DNA of 64,000 nt from Bugula neritina (taxonomy: Eukaryota > Animalia > Bryozoa). This document shows positions 13,579 through 28,543 of the stretch, piece after piece (position 1 is the first letter of the stretch; each line of letters begins with the position of its first letter). Under the pieces are notes generated by a model. The model saw only the letters and a list, made by a program, of their open reading frames with translations. It made no database searches and was not told the DNA's origin. Where the stretch lies: contig OZ037773.1 of the NCBI GenBank assembly GCA_964035545.1, forward strand, positions 5,857,751 through 5,921,750, in the 5' to 3' direction. The position numbers were made by a program, and so were the translations under genes.

Positions 13579-15769
13579 GTGGTTATGTATATTTATAATT
13601 AATAATTAATTAAATTTTTATATTGAAACAAACTCATATTTTTTGCTATGACATAAACCAATCAACAAGAATTTTAAAATATTAGTTGTTAGCGCCATAT
13701 GTTATATCATAAAAGCAGAAATTCAGAGAAATCCGGGCTTACAAATAGAATACTAAATGCAATCATCGTGAATACAATTTTGACTTGAGTATGTAAGTGA
13801 TTAACTTATTTTGATAAGGATCGGTATAGCCACAATTACAACAAATAATGAATAACAAAATTCATCATCATTATCATTATGCATTTGATTTATGAAAAGA
13901 CAGTTCTTCCCTTGACTTAAAAGTTAAAATATCGAGGTAACACTAACTACAAATCAGTAATACTAATACTTGTATTGGTAGTAGTACTATTAGTATTGAT
14001 CAAATATTTAATTACTTGACTGAAATTTATAACTGTTAATGATTATAACGTTAACGGTTAAGTTTATTATTATAACTGAAAATAATCATTTAATCTTTTC
14101 TTTAGCATTGAATTTGATATCATGCTTGCTCAAAGGTTTTAATAGCTCATAAGCTTTATTAAGCCAGGATCAGTATGAGTATTGGCATTACAATTATAAT
14201 AATAAACATAAATTTAAATTATTAATAATGATAATACTATAATTATAAATCATACTGATACTGTAAGTGTAACTGTAAGACTAAGTGTATAAGTATAAAT
14301 ATTATTGTTGCTCGTCATTAATATCAAAATGCACGCCATGACTATTATCTCCATCTTGATACATGGACGGCTTAAATTGATAGCGCATTACTTCAGTAAT
14401 CTCAGTCAGAATGTGAGTGATTCTCATAGTCATAGTCATTCTGATTCATCATTGTGAATGTAATAGTAATACTGATTTTCATTTTACTCCAAGTATTTTT
14501 CGCCGGAGATAGATATGCTTACACTCATATTGATATAGTATAGGAACACTTTATACAATTAGAATTATTGTTACTTCTATATTAGTATATAATATATTAA
14601 GTTTATAACAATTACACTGCACAGACTCGGAGTCACGAGGTAAGTTGGAATATATTTATTGCTGCGAAAATTGTTTATGAAGCATAACATAAATTCCACA
14701 ACAGACGCTAAATGGGGCCTAGACAGCAGTCCGATACATCAAGAAATGTTGAAACTAAGGTTATATGCAACGGAAATATAGCCTATATGTATTTTCTGAA
14801 TGCGTTGCAGGCGGTATTTTTATCTACTTCTTGCTTTAGCGGTGCAATTTGTCACAGGCATGCGATAAAATTTTTTAAATCATTTTCAGACAAGTGTGCA
14901 CAAAATTTATTATAAAACAAAATTGTCAGGGCATGCAACCCCAAAGTGGTGTTCAGATGAATATTTGCATACTATATAAGTCTGTTCATCCATTACCTTT
15001 TTTGAGCCTATACTATGATTGATAATCTGTTTGCTATGGTATGACTAAATTGTGCAGACATTGTTTTTGTTGCCTCTATACTATCAATAGCTACACACAA
15101 TCCAAGCAGTTATTTGTTTTGTTTATTACAGTAACAAAGACCATACCGTATACAAGTACGTACAAGTACAAGTGCTGTATCGTGATTTATAAGTATGTGT
15201 CGTTGTCTTCTCTTGTTGTCACATATGTCTGGGGTGCACAACCCTGAGATATTGGATATAGCGTGGGTGTGGCTTGTGTTGGTGTTGTGGCTAGTGTAAA
15301 TGGGAGTATTGGAGATTGCAGACTGATTGAGAAACGATTGAGGATATTTGTATAGAATGTATGCGACCCAATTAGAATGTGTTAGGGTACGTTAGTGAGT
15401 GCTAGCTGAGGATCATAGACTGAGGAGCACCACCAGCCAACTACCCTAACCGGAGTCTCAACTTCACCCTTGCCAGACGGATGGGAGCTGGAGTTACCAT
15501 GCAGCCAAGCCATTAACCTGTAACTGTACACCGATCCCAAGCTCACGCAAAAGCTACAATCTATATAATATTATTCGGTGAGTTTACGATACTCCAAATT
15601 GTAAAAAACCTACCATAACAACTACTGCTTTATCCCACATATATTAAAATGTTTCTGAAACTTCAAACATAGTATTTTGAGAAGAACCGTACGCAGAAGA
15701 GATAGGAATGGAGACAAAATAAGTGAGATGTTGTTTAGAATCCTGAAGCCCCTGTGACGTAATTGGTTA

Positions 15770-16085
15770 ACGTATAAGAGAAGAGGCTAAAATAGAGGCG
15801 GTAACATTAGGAATGAGGAGGAGACGTCTTCAATGGTATGGACATGTACGCAGGAGAGATAGGAATGAAGATGTTATGATGGTGGATGAGATGAGGATAC
15901 AGGAAAATATAAAAAGAGGGAGGCCAAAGAAAAAGTGGATGGATACAGTGAAGGATGGCATGTTGAAATGGGACCTCTCAGATTATGATATTGCTGACAG
16001 TAACAGATAGCATTCTGCGATAGAACTTGGTGCCCTGCAGGACCACCACCCATCCCAGACCACGGTAAACTAGGTGAGAAGTTTC
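15770..16085 (+). mobile_element. 5'-truncated RTE-clade non-LTR retrotransposon 3' fragment
   Basis: Translation RRRRLQWYGHVRRR...KRGRPKKKWMDTVKD is the characteristic RTE C-terminal motif (RLxWxGHVxR / RGRP..W.D). Confidence 0.85.
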
Positions 16086-18285
16086 ACAAAAAACTTATAC
16101 TATCTTTACTGTCTTTATAGTAACAGCCACAGAACTTATCAGTGTATCAGTGCAAAGCTGAATTTTATTTGAAAGTTCAGACCACAAGTTGTTTCTCATT
16201 TCACTTGAGTTTTTGCTGGAGTTTGCTGCAAACAGTATGAAAGCTAAGCTTTCATATTTGGAAATTTTGCTTTGCAAATATTTTTACAAATAATTTTTAA
16301 TACCTTTGCTACTGCACCCATCTTTTTATTTGGTTACAGAAAACTATTTAATCAACACAAATTACTTATAATCAATAAAATCAAATTAGCGTTACACCAG
16401 CATGAAGTGAGGCAGGTAATATTCCTAAAATACACTACCTGTAGTGAAATTTATGTAAGATTTATAGTTGAGTTTTTAATTGCGACACTAAATGCATGCA
16501 GAGCTTTTGTAGACATAAGTTGCCTACAGCACAGTAGGTGCTTATAAGTTTAGAAACTCAGGCACTAGGCAATAGCCGGTGCTAGTCAACTGGTAATTGC
16601 TAGAGAGCAAACAAGTAAATTGTTGCAACATTTTATTTAATTACTGTTGTGGAATACAATTATTTATTTGTTTTAAAGGTTTGTGTTATGATTATGTAAA
16701 TTTTTTAATAATTGATTGTAGTTTTGAAAACTTCATCCAATGTAGTTATTAAACGATATAAAGTTCTATCAGTGTAGATTTAAACTTGCTAACAAGCCTA
16801 GTTCACTATATATACTATCAATACATTTTTTAAAATATTTGACAAAAAGTTTAAGGAGATATGTTATAGTCAACAGTTGAATGCTTTAATAATACCACAG
16901 AAATGCTAGACTGTTCATTTCCAGCTCTTTACTGAAATAAAAATTATGTGATTTGTTCTTGCAGTTGCTTAGCCTAAATGACAGCCTTTATCGAATTTCT
17001 CAAGAAGTTACATGGACATCTTCTTTTAGGAAATGATGCAAATTTAACTAGTTATTCTATTCTATTTTCTTGCAGCCTGGTATCTAAGGGAAAACAAAAC
17101 ACCCTAAGCAAATCACCCAGCACACCCATGTTATTTCACAATGTTTCATGATATAATTCGAAGTATTACATAACAAGTAGAAGTAATGAGATGGTAAAGG
17201 AATTGTTTATTGTTATCTATTCGTTTTTATTTAAATTCGCTTACAAGAATATTATACACTCTCCAGCTTCCTTGATCATTTAGTGTATTGGGCTATATTT
17301 TAGCTATGTCTTTTGTTAATTATTATTGACATTATGTAAGTATTCAACCTGCTTTTAATTTATAGTGCACTATATTATGCGTTGTAGGGTTTTAGATAAA
17401 AAATAAAATGAAAGTGAGTTTTATTAAAGCTGCACCTTGTATTTCAGGAATAAATAAACTTGATTAATAATCTAGGGAAAAAATATTTTGATTAACATAG
17501 TTTGTACCAAATCCATGCTACAGAAAAGTAATTATTAAAATATAAAAAAAACTTGAAGGTATTGTGACTATGAGGATTGTCCTCAAAATACTAGATAGCA
17601 ATACTTATCAAAAACTCCATTGATTGTTAAAATATGAACAAAAACATGACATGTTGAGTTAAAAGCTCCAATCATCCTCCTGAGCTAAGTTACTTAAAAA
17701 ATGAAATACAAAATAGAACATAGACTCCACCTGAAAAGTTTTAAAAATCAAAAACAGAGTTTGATTATCCAGATAAAATAGGTATTGGCACACATTTAGT
17801 CAGAATAATAAAAATTGGATAATAGTCATGTGATTGCATCCAACTACTATGTTGGTCTGTTACTTATTGATATATTGATTTATCGATTTATTTTGATTGC
17901 TTGATTTATAGAACTTATAGTGCCACCTCCCAAACTAGTAATATATAATTATTTACTGCATACTATTACTAAAATTACAGGTTTCCGTTGTTAAAATTGC
18001 ACAGGTGAACTGTATCATTAGTTTAATATAAAGATTTTCATTTTAATAATCTCAAAAAGAACCAAAATTCTATTCAAATGGAAACAGGTCATTTCATCCT
18101 AAATGAATTAAATCTTTCTAAAAGAGACAGGGATGGGCAATTGTGGTAGCAAACAGTTAATTATTAAAAAAATAACTATGTATATGTTGTATAAGCTGAA
18201 ACCTGTGGCTAGAGTGAGATTAAATTTAATCTCAAAATTTAATTTGATGCAGTTGCTATTTATTTCTGATGGAATTTCTCTGTAA

Positions 18286-18370
18286 GCCTAGGGCCACACG
18301 ACACGCGACACCTTTGCTACTTGTGATTTCAATTTTCGCATGCGGAAATACGCGCCGTGTGGCCCTAGGC
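18286..18370. mobile_element. Very short PIF/Harbinger-like MITE (85 bp)
   Basis: Perfect 15-bp TIR GCCTAGGGCCACACG/CGTGTGGCCCTAGGC flanked by TAA on both sides. Confidence 0.75.
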
Positions 18371-19053
18371 TAAGCAAAGGCAATGAGTAAAAAATTGATA
18401 TCAATTTATATTTTTACAATTACTAAGTTTCTGCCATTAGAACCATTAAATTATTTAAGCTTCAACCATTTCCATTTATTAAATTACGTGTAGCTAAAAT
18501 AAAAGCTGGGTGAAAGCAGTGAAAATGAATATAGAATATTAATTGAAACTGGGGACTGACTTTGGAGTTGCATTTCCAAGAGAAGCAAATTTTAAAGAAT
18601 CCCTGAGAGACTTCACTTGTGCAATACTAAAATATTCTTATAGATGATAGTTTTCATTTACATACTGTTTTAAGGTTGGATGACTAGACAATTTTTTTAT
18701 AATGAATTTTGTGCCAGTATGTACTGAAATGATTTGGAATTTTTGATAGCATGGAAATCAAATTTTCGGTCAGCTTTGACTTTACCACTACTACAAAACT
18801 TATACTAATTATAGCTATCTTTCATTGAATGCTATTATTAGCCGCTGCACTGCACAGCCTTATCACAGGTATGATTTGAAAGTACAAAGTTTAAACTTTC
18901 AAGCCATCTCGGTGATTATGTAAACATAGTAAATGCTTGATGCAGTTTTTATCTTCTAACCCTAAAGTAGTCTATTTGAACAAAGGAAACTAGGTGTATG
19001 TGGTTTACAATGTAAGATATACACTTCCTACTAACTTCATTAGACCCATATCA

Positions 19054-22000
19054 TCAGATTGGTTGTTCAGGGTAACCAAACATTTCAATGTCAACAGAAT
19101 ATATTTTTTGGAGCTTCATGATTGTCTGCTGATCTACTGACTTCCATCTGTCCAAGTAGGAAGAGAGTGTCATATTCTTCTTTTCATTTGGCCTGCGAAA
19201 CTGTTTAGCTTTTGTCATCATTGCTGACACATCTTTCACATTGTATTGCTGAAGGACCACCTTGATATCTTCCCTGTAAGTCTCTGTTTTTCCTACAAAA
19301 TTAGTCTAAATCAGAGCAGGGTTGAGGCTAAATTACATATGAATGTAATTAATTACAATTACATAAAAAATTTGTCAATTGCAATTATAATTACAGTTAA
19401 ACATCAATATAATTAATTACAGTTATAACAACATAGTAATGTAAATCAAAATTTTAACAAAATAAATACTTTTGCTCTGACAAGGGATAAATAGAAGAAA
19501 ACGCAATCTAACTTCTGGAGTCCAACTAACCGGGGCAATTTTGTTCTCAACAGTGATACAATACCTCAATGACTTAATCTGAAGATTTTACTAAACAGTA
19601 GGGAGGGTAGGAAAAGTATGAATTTTCGATTTAATACTATGAAGTAATGGACATGTAAATTTTATAAAATAATTGTTAAAATCAATTACATTAGATGCGT
19701 AATTAAATACAATTACATTTTTATACACCAATTACAAATTACATTCAATTGCTTGAAAATGTAATTAATTACAACCAATTACAATTACCCCAACCCTGAA
19801 TCAGAGGTACCAAATACAAGGCTATTTGGGAATGCTTTGTTTATTTATACATAAATATTTATTGGTGTTTAGCCACACCGACATAAAGTCTAATTTTATA
19901 TGACAGTTAATAATTATTTCATAGCAGTCTGATATCACTAAAACACAATACATGCACAGTATAGATACAACCAACTAACCTATAAAACTGTAGCTGAGAT
20001 CACAGAAAGCTCCACTGATACTTTGCGGACGGTAGTGAGGTTCCATTGCAATAGCACCGTTCTTTTCATACTGCTCTATTACACAATACTTCAAGAACTG
20101 AGAATAAGTCATTGTTTTATTTTCCTCCTTCAATTTCCTGAAACACAGAGATATTTAGAATAATTGATAGACTGATAAAGGTTGCAATTAAATCCTTCTA
20201 GAAAAGTAGGCAGTAAAAAGTGATTGAATAAACATTAAAAAATGTGCAACGATAGTAAACAACCTTCACAACCTGGATATTATATTTATTGCACATTTCT
20301 TGCATCTACAAGGTTTACAGTAGATATCTTGTTTGAAGAAACTAAAACAATGCAGTTTGCTAAGGTTTCACAAGAGTAATATTGGCAAGTTAAAATCTAA
20401 CACTATTACCAAGGTTACAATATTTTCAGTCAAGTCTGCTAGAAAACCATGCATTGGTCAGTTAATTGTGAAGTTCTCAGGCTTGTCACCACAAAAAAGG
20501 TTGAAAATTCACAATTGTTGTTGACTGGAGGTTTCAAGCAGAGCCACAGGTCAATCTATCCACCAGCTGCTCAGAGTTAGTGATATGACCTTGACATGAT
20601 GATGTTATGTCATGCTTGCCTGTTGAGGTTTACGAAATTGATGTTATTGCCATATTTGCACAGCATAATATACAAGTCAGAGAATAAGACTTTCTCAGTG
20701 TAGGTGCTGACTAGACGCTGCCAGGGATCTCTGACGAAGGTATAGAGGAACTTTCTGGTTGGCCAGTTGCTGGAATTTGGAGAGTACGATCCCAAATTCG
20801 GTGTTCTACTCATGAGGCTTTAAGTAAAACATAAAAGAGAAAGCATATATACAGATAACTAGGAATGATATAAACAGCAAGTAGCATACAAACTGGCTTG
20901 CTATTTATGATGATGGGTAACCGTTACAGATTTGTGAAGAATATAAAAATGTTCAATATTCTTATGTCTAATCTATGCATAAAATACTAAATGCTTATCT
21001 TAATGCAATAATGGTCAAATTTTAGATAAAACACAAAAGAAACAACATGATGGGATTATCTACCTTCTAAACCAGAAGTTACAGCACACATAACTCACCC
21101 AGGTACATAATGATGCTCATCAGGGTATCCTGTTATGTTGGTGCACTTTGGTCCAATCATGATGCACACCATTCGTAAAATATTTGTACTTCCTGTTTTG
21201 GGTATAAGTCCCCAAGACACATCACGGAATGTCAGGAAATACAGATAATCTGCTCTCTTATAATAACCTCTAAGGGATGTGTGATTCAAACAGTACTGCA
21301 ACAAGTTAACAACCCATAATGTTTACTGATACTTTTGCTGCTGATTGTACTGAATTCCTCATTTATTTTCCACCAAACAGTGTGAACGAGAGATGACATG
21401 GGGGAGACAAAAACTCACAGTTTTACACTGTAATCACAAATAAAGTGTGAAAAGTAATGAAGGGATAGAATGCTTGCAATAGGAGTTACCAAGAGAACAG
21501 TTACTTCTGCAGCTTAGAATAAGAAAATGCTTTCTACTGTTTGAGTTTCTAGGATGAAATAAAACATTGGCTTGAATTAACCAAATTCTGTTGGCAGAAA
21601 TATAGTAATTACTAACAATAAATTAACATAAAATAGTTGCAGCCTTGTGGTTGGTTATAGAAAGAAAGATTGAATGTTTTAGCAGGGAATTGTGCTCATT
21701 ATTCAAGTTCATAATTGCTTGCCAGTGATTTGCATGTATAATAAGACTGGGCGTAGCTGCATTCAATTACCTTTATAATTATTTTGAATTTGAATAAATA
21801 AGCAATTTGAAACTGCAGTGAATTCTGTCATATAATTATATTAAAATATATATGCACATTTCTATTTTACAAAGACATCCTTGTTTAAACTTTCTTTTCA
21901 CTTCAACATAACACAAAATAAAGCTATTACCTGGTTTACCAGAGAAATTCTCTCCACCTGAGTCTTCCTCACCTCTTCAAGGTCATACTGAGGTTCAGTC

Positions 22001-24350
22001 ACACTGTGCATCCATAGCAGGTTTTTGTTCAACACATCTACCAATAAATCAACTTCAGTAGGCAGAGTGACATGCTGAAATACCAGTTGCTTCTATGAAT
22101 AATCAGAAGCTAAATATACTTCATATTCATGAGCTGTGATACAAACCACAAGCTATGACCTACCTTTGGGTAATTCATACTTACTTTCTACAGCATCTTC
22201 TAGCATAGAATTATTCTCCATATTCATGTTTATGAGCTGTGATACAAACCACAAGCTATAAATTATCTTTAGTTAATTTATACTTACTTTCTACACCATT
22301 TTCTTATTCATATTCATAAACAGTGATGCAAAAATCAAGAAAACTGGTATCATTAGAATTTAGACTAGCCTAAATTTGTCAGATAGAGCTAAAGCCAAGA
22401 TAGCTGCAGCTAAGGTTTACTTATTAATTGTATGATATGCAACTGCATCTTTAATTTATATTATATTAGCCAGATTCACTAAAGGTAGAAGCAACTTGCT
22501 AACGCCTTATGTACACTTATTACCTGTTTCATTATTTACAAGTGAAAGGTGAAAAATCAGAATATTTGTACTTGGTAACATAAATCAGACTACAGCTAAG
22601 GTTAGCGATCAACAAGCCCAGCTCAGACAACAATAATGATTGGTGTGTGGCAGTTTGCACGATTACCTGCCACTTATTTAGTCTGTCCACAATTTAAGCT
22701 GTCGGAAGAGAGAAAACACAGAGAAAACACAGTGAAAACACAAACATATACAATAAGCAGTGATTGATACATTGTGCTGAGCAAAATCAAAAGCAATGTC
22801 CACAACTGAACATATATTAGCAGATGAAAAGTTGATGATTTTTAAAAAAGCTAAACTGCTGACCAGATGTGTAAGTCACGAAACAAAGCAAAAGGTAAGC
22901 TGACTGAGCTAGAAAGCTGAACGGAAAATCAATCACATATCCTCACAAACCTGAATGGTGAAGAGAACCATCGATAAGTTCTCGGTTTCCAATAGCTATA
23001 ATAAATAGGGTTCAGTAAAAAGTGTGATGGCTATTTTTATGTTGATTAGAAATATCATGAGCTTATACCTAACCACCTATTTTTATGTTGATTAAAATAT
23101 CGTAAATTTGAACTTGTAATTCAGTTCTACAGTGCTTACAACTTGACAAAGGGAGGATATCCTTTAGACGCAACCATTTCCCAACCACAATAATTATTTA
23201 CATTCAACAATAGTATATCTGAAATTGTTACTCTGTTTTTTGCATGATTGGACCAAACCCAAAGTTAATTATAGCCATCGCCATTCCATCTAATTACATA
23301 GTTTTGCCAATGGCACTTTCAGCCTGAAATTCAAAAGTGTCAAAGTTAAAATTTTGTGGTTAAACTGAAGGGCTACCCTCTAGTCTATGAGGTCCCCCTT
23401 TGGCAGACCGAGAAACCTGACGAATTACAGTAATTTAAATTCTAAGGTTACTGTTAGTATACTTTAGGATACTACAATGTGAAACTGATCACATTACATA
23501 ACTTCTGTGCATGTTCTACATTTCATACAAGATTATTGAATAATGGTAGCTGCTGAAACACAATACCACATCTAGAATAGGCAGCTGATTTAAAGAAAAA
23601 AGGTTAGGATGAATTAAAATAATAAGACAAGCTGATGCAATGTTTAGGTGACTTGCTCTAAAAAAACTCACAACTACAACTTGTGGTAGTTGTTTTGTAA
23701 CTTCACAGAACCAAAATCAAGTACCTTACTGTGATTCAACGTAATCCATGACTCACAAACTATGTCCTACCTTTAGTTCCTTCATGCTTGCCACTTTTTG
23801 TAGCATTTTCTGGTATAGAAATTTTCTTCACAACTTCAAAGCCAACTTCTAAAATACATGCAATAATGAGAAAAGCTGATACAATATTTAGCTGTAACTT
23901 TCGAATTATTGCCTTGAAAAAACTCACAACTACAACTTTTGGTAGTTACTTTAGAACTTCACAGAACTAAAATTCAATACATTACTGTGACATAACTTCA
24001 TCATGTCCAACAAACTATGACCTACTTTTGGCTGATTCATGTTTGATGCTCCTTGTAGCATTCCCTTGTATAGAATCTTTCTTCCAAACTTGAAAAACAA
24101 CCTCTAAAATTTATGCCACCAATGAGAAACTTATGATGCACTATTTTTTAAAAAAATGGTTGTAAAAATTAGGTAACAGAAACAACTCAGCTAAATAAAG
24201 AAAAAATACCAAGTAATTATAACAATAATGAAATAACTTACTGTTGCCTAAAGAATTTTTCACAGTCTGCAAATTTCCATAATAAATAGTTGCAAAGGTA
24301 ATGATTAGAAAAAACACCACAACTGATGCCTTTTTAGTTAAAGGGGACAT
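19054..24350 (-). CDS. Carbohydrate sulfotransferase paralogue B. Exons: 24350-24242, mini-exons 24064-24026, 23809-23771, (22995-22951 candidate), 22199(or 22187)-22164, 22037-21931, 21295-21099, 20817-20620, 20137-19980, 19292-19054
   Basis: Signal-anchor MSPLTKKASVVVFFLIITFATIYY; IPKTGSTN; FVRDPWQRLVSTY; HYRPQ. Same exon phases as A and near-identical exon sizes. Confidence 0.88.
19317..19798. mobile_element. hAT-superfamily MITE, copy 2 (opposite orientation to 13085-13578), in the last intron of paralogue B
   Basis: TIRs CAGGGTTG...CAACCCTG; perfect 8-bp TSD AATCAGAG. The empty site is visible in paralogue C at about 28795-28820. Confidence 0.9.
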
Positions 24351-24994
24351 GGCTTAAATCACTCAGGTAAAAGACTGAACTTAAAGCTCCCGGTGGTTAA
24401 AACATTCCATAAATCGCCAAACCAATTCCAACTCTTGACCTTTCCTATAACCATCCATAGTAAATTTGATCTAAAATTTCCACAATATGAGACTAACATA
24501 TAATACAGATGGTTCCAACAGATGCCTCTTGCATGGTGCTAACTAAAGATGTGGCATATTCCTTAATTATTTCTAAGTACTGAATCTATAAGGTTTATAC
24601 CAAACTCACCTTTCTAGCAAAACACCTGAACCTATCAAGATTATACAAAAGTAACTTGATATCAATTTAAATTGTAAATGTGACTGACAGTGAATGTGAA
24701 AATCAAATTATTGCTCATTCTATTACTTGAACTGATTTTAACATTATAATTATAATCTGAATGACTTTAGGCTCAGGCTTTGGTTTATTTATGGTTTATT
24801 TAAAATAGTAAGAACTACCAGTATATGTATGGCTATTTCACATTAGTTTTACTACAAGACAGAAGATTAGGATTCAAACTGATTTCACATTTAATACTAA
24901 ATTATTATGAAAATAAATAATAATATAATTAAACTACGAATCTTAATATTTATGCTAATACTAACAGAGTGAGAGTAACACTCATAGTAAATTA

Positions 24995-25497
24995 GTTACA
25001 GTGCAGGTAATTTCGTACCCACTTTTTCAGGTTGTTTCTTGCACATCAATATAAATTAATTAAAATACATATTTTTTGATATTTATTTATTATTTGATGT
25101 ATGATTCATACAATACTGCTCACAAGTAACGTACACATTTTACAATAATTAATAGATAATAAATTAATATTAAAAATTGATCAAAATAAAACCAAAATAT
25201 AGCAGCGTGTTCAATAAGTATATGAAAATTCTTATAAAGGCATTTATCATAATTTATTAGTATAAAACATTAATCAATAGGTGACATGGGAGGTGTGAAA
25301 GATATATGATGGAATGCAATAAAATTAAATAAGTTAAATAGTATCATTAATTTAAAATATTCAAGTGGTTATCCAGTGAACTAATTTACTCTTCATTTTG
25401 TATACAAAATGGAGAGCAGTTAGTGTGCAAAATGACAATCTTGTATACAAAACGACTTGTGTATGAAACGAGTTGTGTATGACATGACAGTAACCCA
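24995..25497. repeat. Degenerate inverted-repeat element with GTAYRAAACGAC-like subterminal repeats
   Basis: GTTACAGTGCAGGTAATTTCGTAC at the left, repeated GTATGAAACGAG/GTATACAAAACGAC ending GACAGTAACC at the right. Confidence 0.45.
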
Positions 25498-26700
25498 TTA
25501 GTTATATTTAAACTTAGAGTCTTATACTAATAATTTAGTTATTTACTTTAAATTAGCCTTACACTTACAGTAATACTAATACTGATAGCAATAGTAATAA
25601 TAATAAAATACTACTATCAATATGAATAACCATATAGCTAATGTTATACTTATACTAGTAGTAATACTGATACATAACACACTAGGTTAAGTAAGTAAGC
25701 ATATGATTAATAGTAATTACTAGTTTACTAATATTAATCATTAGTATTATAATTCGTATTACAGTACTACTATTAGTGTATTCCTTAACTATTACTATTA
25801 GTATCACAGTACCACCACAAGTATGACTTGCGAGTTTTAGTAATACAACAGTTGTTTTTAAAAAGCATTTAAAATCATTAACTTTAAATGTTGTAAATAT
25901 ATTGATAATTGATATTCACTCAATTTTGTTGATATCTCACTTAACAATTAACTTCAATTTTATGTATTACTGTTACTGTTAGTATTACATTCACTATTAG
26001 TATCAGTCTAATTTGTATCTAAATAAATAAAATACTAATACTAATAGATAAAGAATTACTTTTAGTTTTAACATGAAATATAAAATATGGGTATCACTAT
26101 GACTGTCATACTCTATCAGCATCACTTATCACTACCAGTAGCAGATTGAGATTCAGTTATTCGTATTTGTTGCGATTATATGTCACTATTTGTTGGACTT
26201 TGAGTTACACCTACTGATACTCCTAGTCCTACGGCTACGCCTACAGTTCGTAAGTAATACTTATACTAATTGGCAGCAAAGTTAAATATAAATGTTAAAT
26301 AAACATGCTCATGATTATAAATATGATGAGCATGATAATGATAATGATCATCATCATGATAATCTAAATATTAAATCATAATTATAATCATAATGATTAT
26401 GATAATCATTATCATAATGATAATGATAATGATTAACTCAATGAATGAATGATTAAGTAATGGCATTTGTTGCTGTTTATATACTAATATAGCCTAGACT
26501 TAGGGTTAGTTAATGTTATAACAATGATGCAATTTTCGTCTGAATTCCTAAGCCAAAGAATGCACTAAAATATAATGACATATAAAATAAATTAATAGTT
26601 TTTGGAATAAGTAAAACTCAGAAAAACTAAAAGTAGAACACCGACATTCTATTCTATTGCGTCAACAAATGACAATACGCGAACAGTTACAGCAACTACA

Positions 26701-26898
26701 AATGGTTCTAAAAGCAGCTCCAAGTTGGCGGTGAAGGGTGCATCAGTTTGAGAAATCGAGCTTAACCTTGAGGACATAACTCCAAATATCAGAGCATTGT
26801 TTCCACCATTGAGCTAGAAAAAATATTTTGAGTTCAGCCTGTTCAGGGGTTCCCCCACTAAAATCGTTCACCACCTCGGAGCTGCTTATAGAACCATT
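26701..26898. mobile_element. MITE-like inverted-repeat element
   Basis: 21-bp near-perfect TIR AATGGTTCTAAAAGCAGCTCC / GGAGCTGCTTATAGAACCATT. Confidence 0.7.
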
Positions 26899-28543
26899 CT
26901 ACGAGAGCGTATAATGTTAATATAGCATATTATGTGAAAGATGGATATAGATGTCATTTCCAGGAATTAAGATAACGTCCTGCATCATAAAAAATATCAA
27001 TATGTGTCTATTTTTAATGTTTCAATTGTTATACACCACACACTATGTATGCAAATAGCATGAGATAATTGTAAGAGGATAAAAACATGTTAACTACAAG
27101 GCAATATTTAGTCATATATATATGAAAGTTGCAGGAAAGTTGAAAGCTACACATGTCATACATTACATATCAGTGTAGCACACAAAATATCAGCTATAAC
27201 ATAATGCATGGGTGCATCTATAGTAACCTATTACTATATTGTCATAGTGTGCATCACAATTATAAATTATATCATTATACTTCTTGTAGTGTTTACAATT
27301 TAGAAGAGGATAAAGTAACAGTGGGAGTTTGTTTTATTGCAATAAAATATTATATTTTGGCTGTACAACAATGCTAATGATATAACATAAACACAAAAAT
27401 TATCCTTTGATTAACAGAGTTTGTAGCAAATTATTTTCAAACTAACCGTTAAGGTAGTGTGATATTACGATTGTTCACAAAATATTAAAGCAATTTTGAA
27501 TAATAAAAGAATGCAAAATAGTAAAATTCAGCTGTGTTGATAGCACCAAAAGCCCATCAATACTATAATATATGAAAAAAACAAGAGATGTTGAGTTAAA
27601 AGAGTTAAAATTTAGAGTTAAAAGTTAAATGCAAAATAGAACATACAATATAGACTCTAACTAGAAAGTGTTATAACATTAAAAATGAAGTTTGATTATA
27701 CAGATAAAATAGGCATTGGCACACATTTAGTCAGAATAATAAAAATTGGATAATAGTCATGTGATTGCATTAACCTACTAAGTTGATCTTTTACTTATTG
27801 ATATATTTTAATTGACGGATTGATTTATAGAACTTTTAGTGCCAAAGTACAAACTAGTAATATAGAACTATATTGCAAACTTTCAATAAAATTACAGGTT
27901 TCCATTGTTCAATTTGCCCAAGTAAACTGTAGCATTAGATCAATATGAAGATTCCCATCTGAAGGATAACACAAAGCTAAAATTTACTAGACTGATTGAA
28001 ACGGATATTTTCAGACTATCTAATAAGAATAAGTCATTCTACCATGAATGAACAATGGGAATTAAAGATTTTTTGCTAAAAAAGATAAGGAAAAGTAATT
28101 GTGGTGACAAACGATTGAATATTTTAAACAATAACTTTAGGTTTCATAAGTGTAACTCCAGCCGTTGCTGTCTAGTGAATAAAATTTAGTAAAGTGAAGA
28201 GAGTGAAAATAACCACAGAGTACTAAAGTAACAACGCACACCTTATATGAAGTACTGCAAAATTCAAAGTACTGGTGTATTTGGAGTTGCTCTCTCAAGA
28301 AAGGTAACATTTGAATAGACAAAAGCATGGCGTGATTTGGTTTCGCATTTCCAACTCTGAATAAAAACTATTTCAACAACAGAAACTCTCAAGCCATCTC
28401 AGTGATTATGTAAACAAAGTAAATGCTTGATGCGGTTTTTACCTTCTAACCCTAAAGGAAGCTATTTGAACAAAGGAAACTAGGTGTATGTGGTTTACAA
28501 TGTAAGATATACACTCCCTACTAACTTCATTAGACCCATATCA

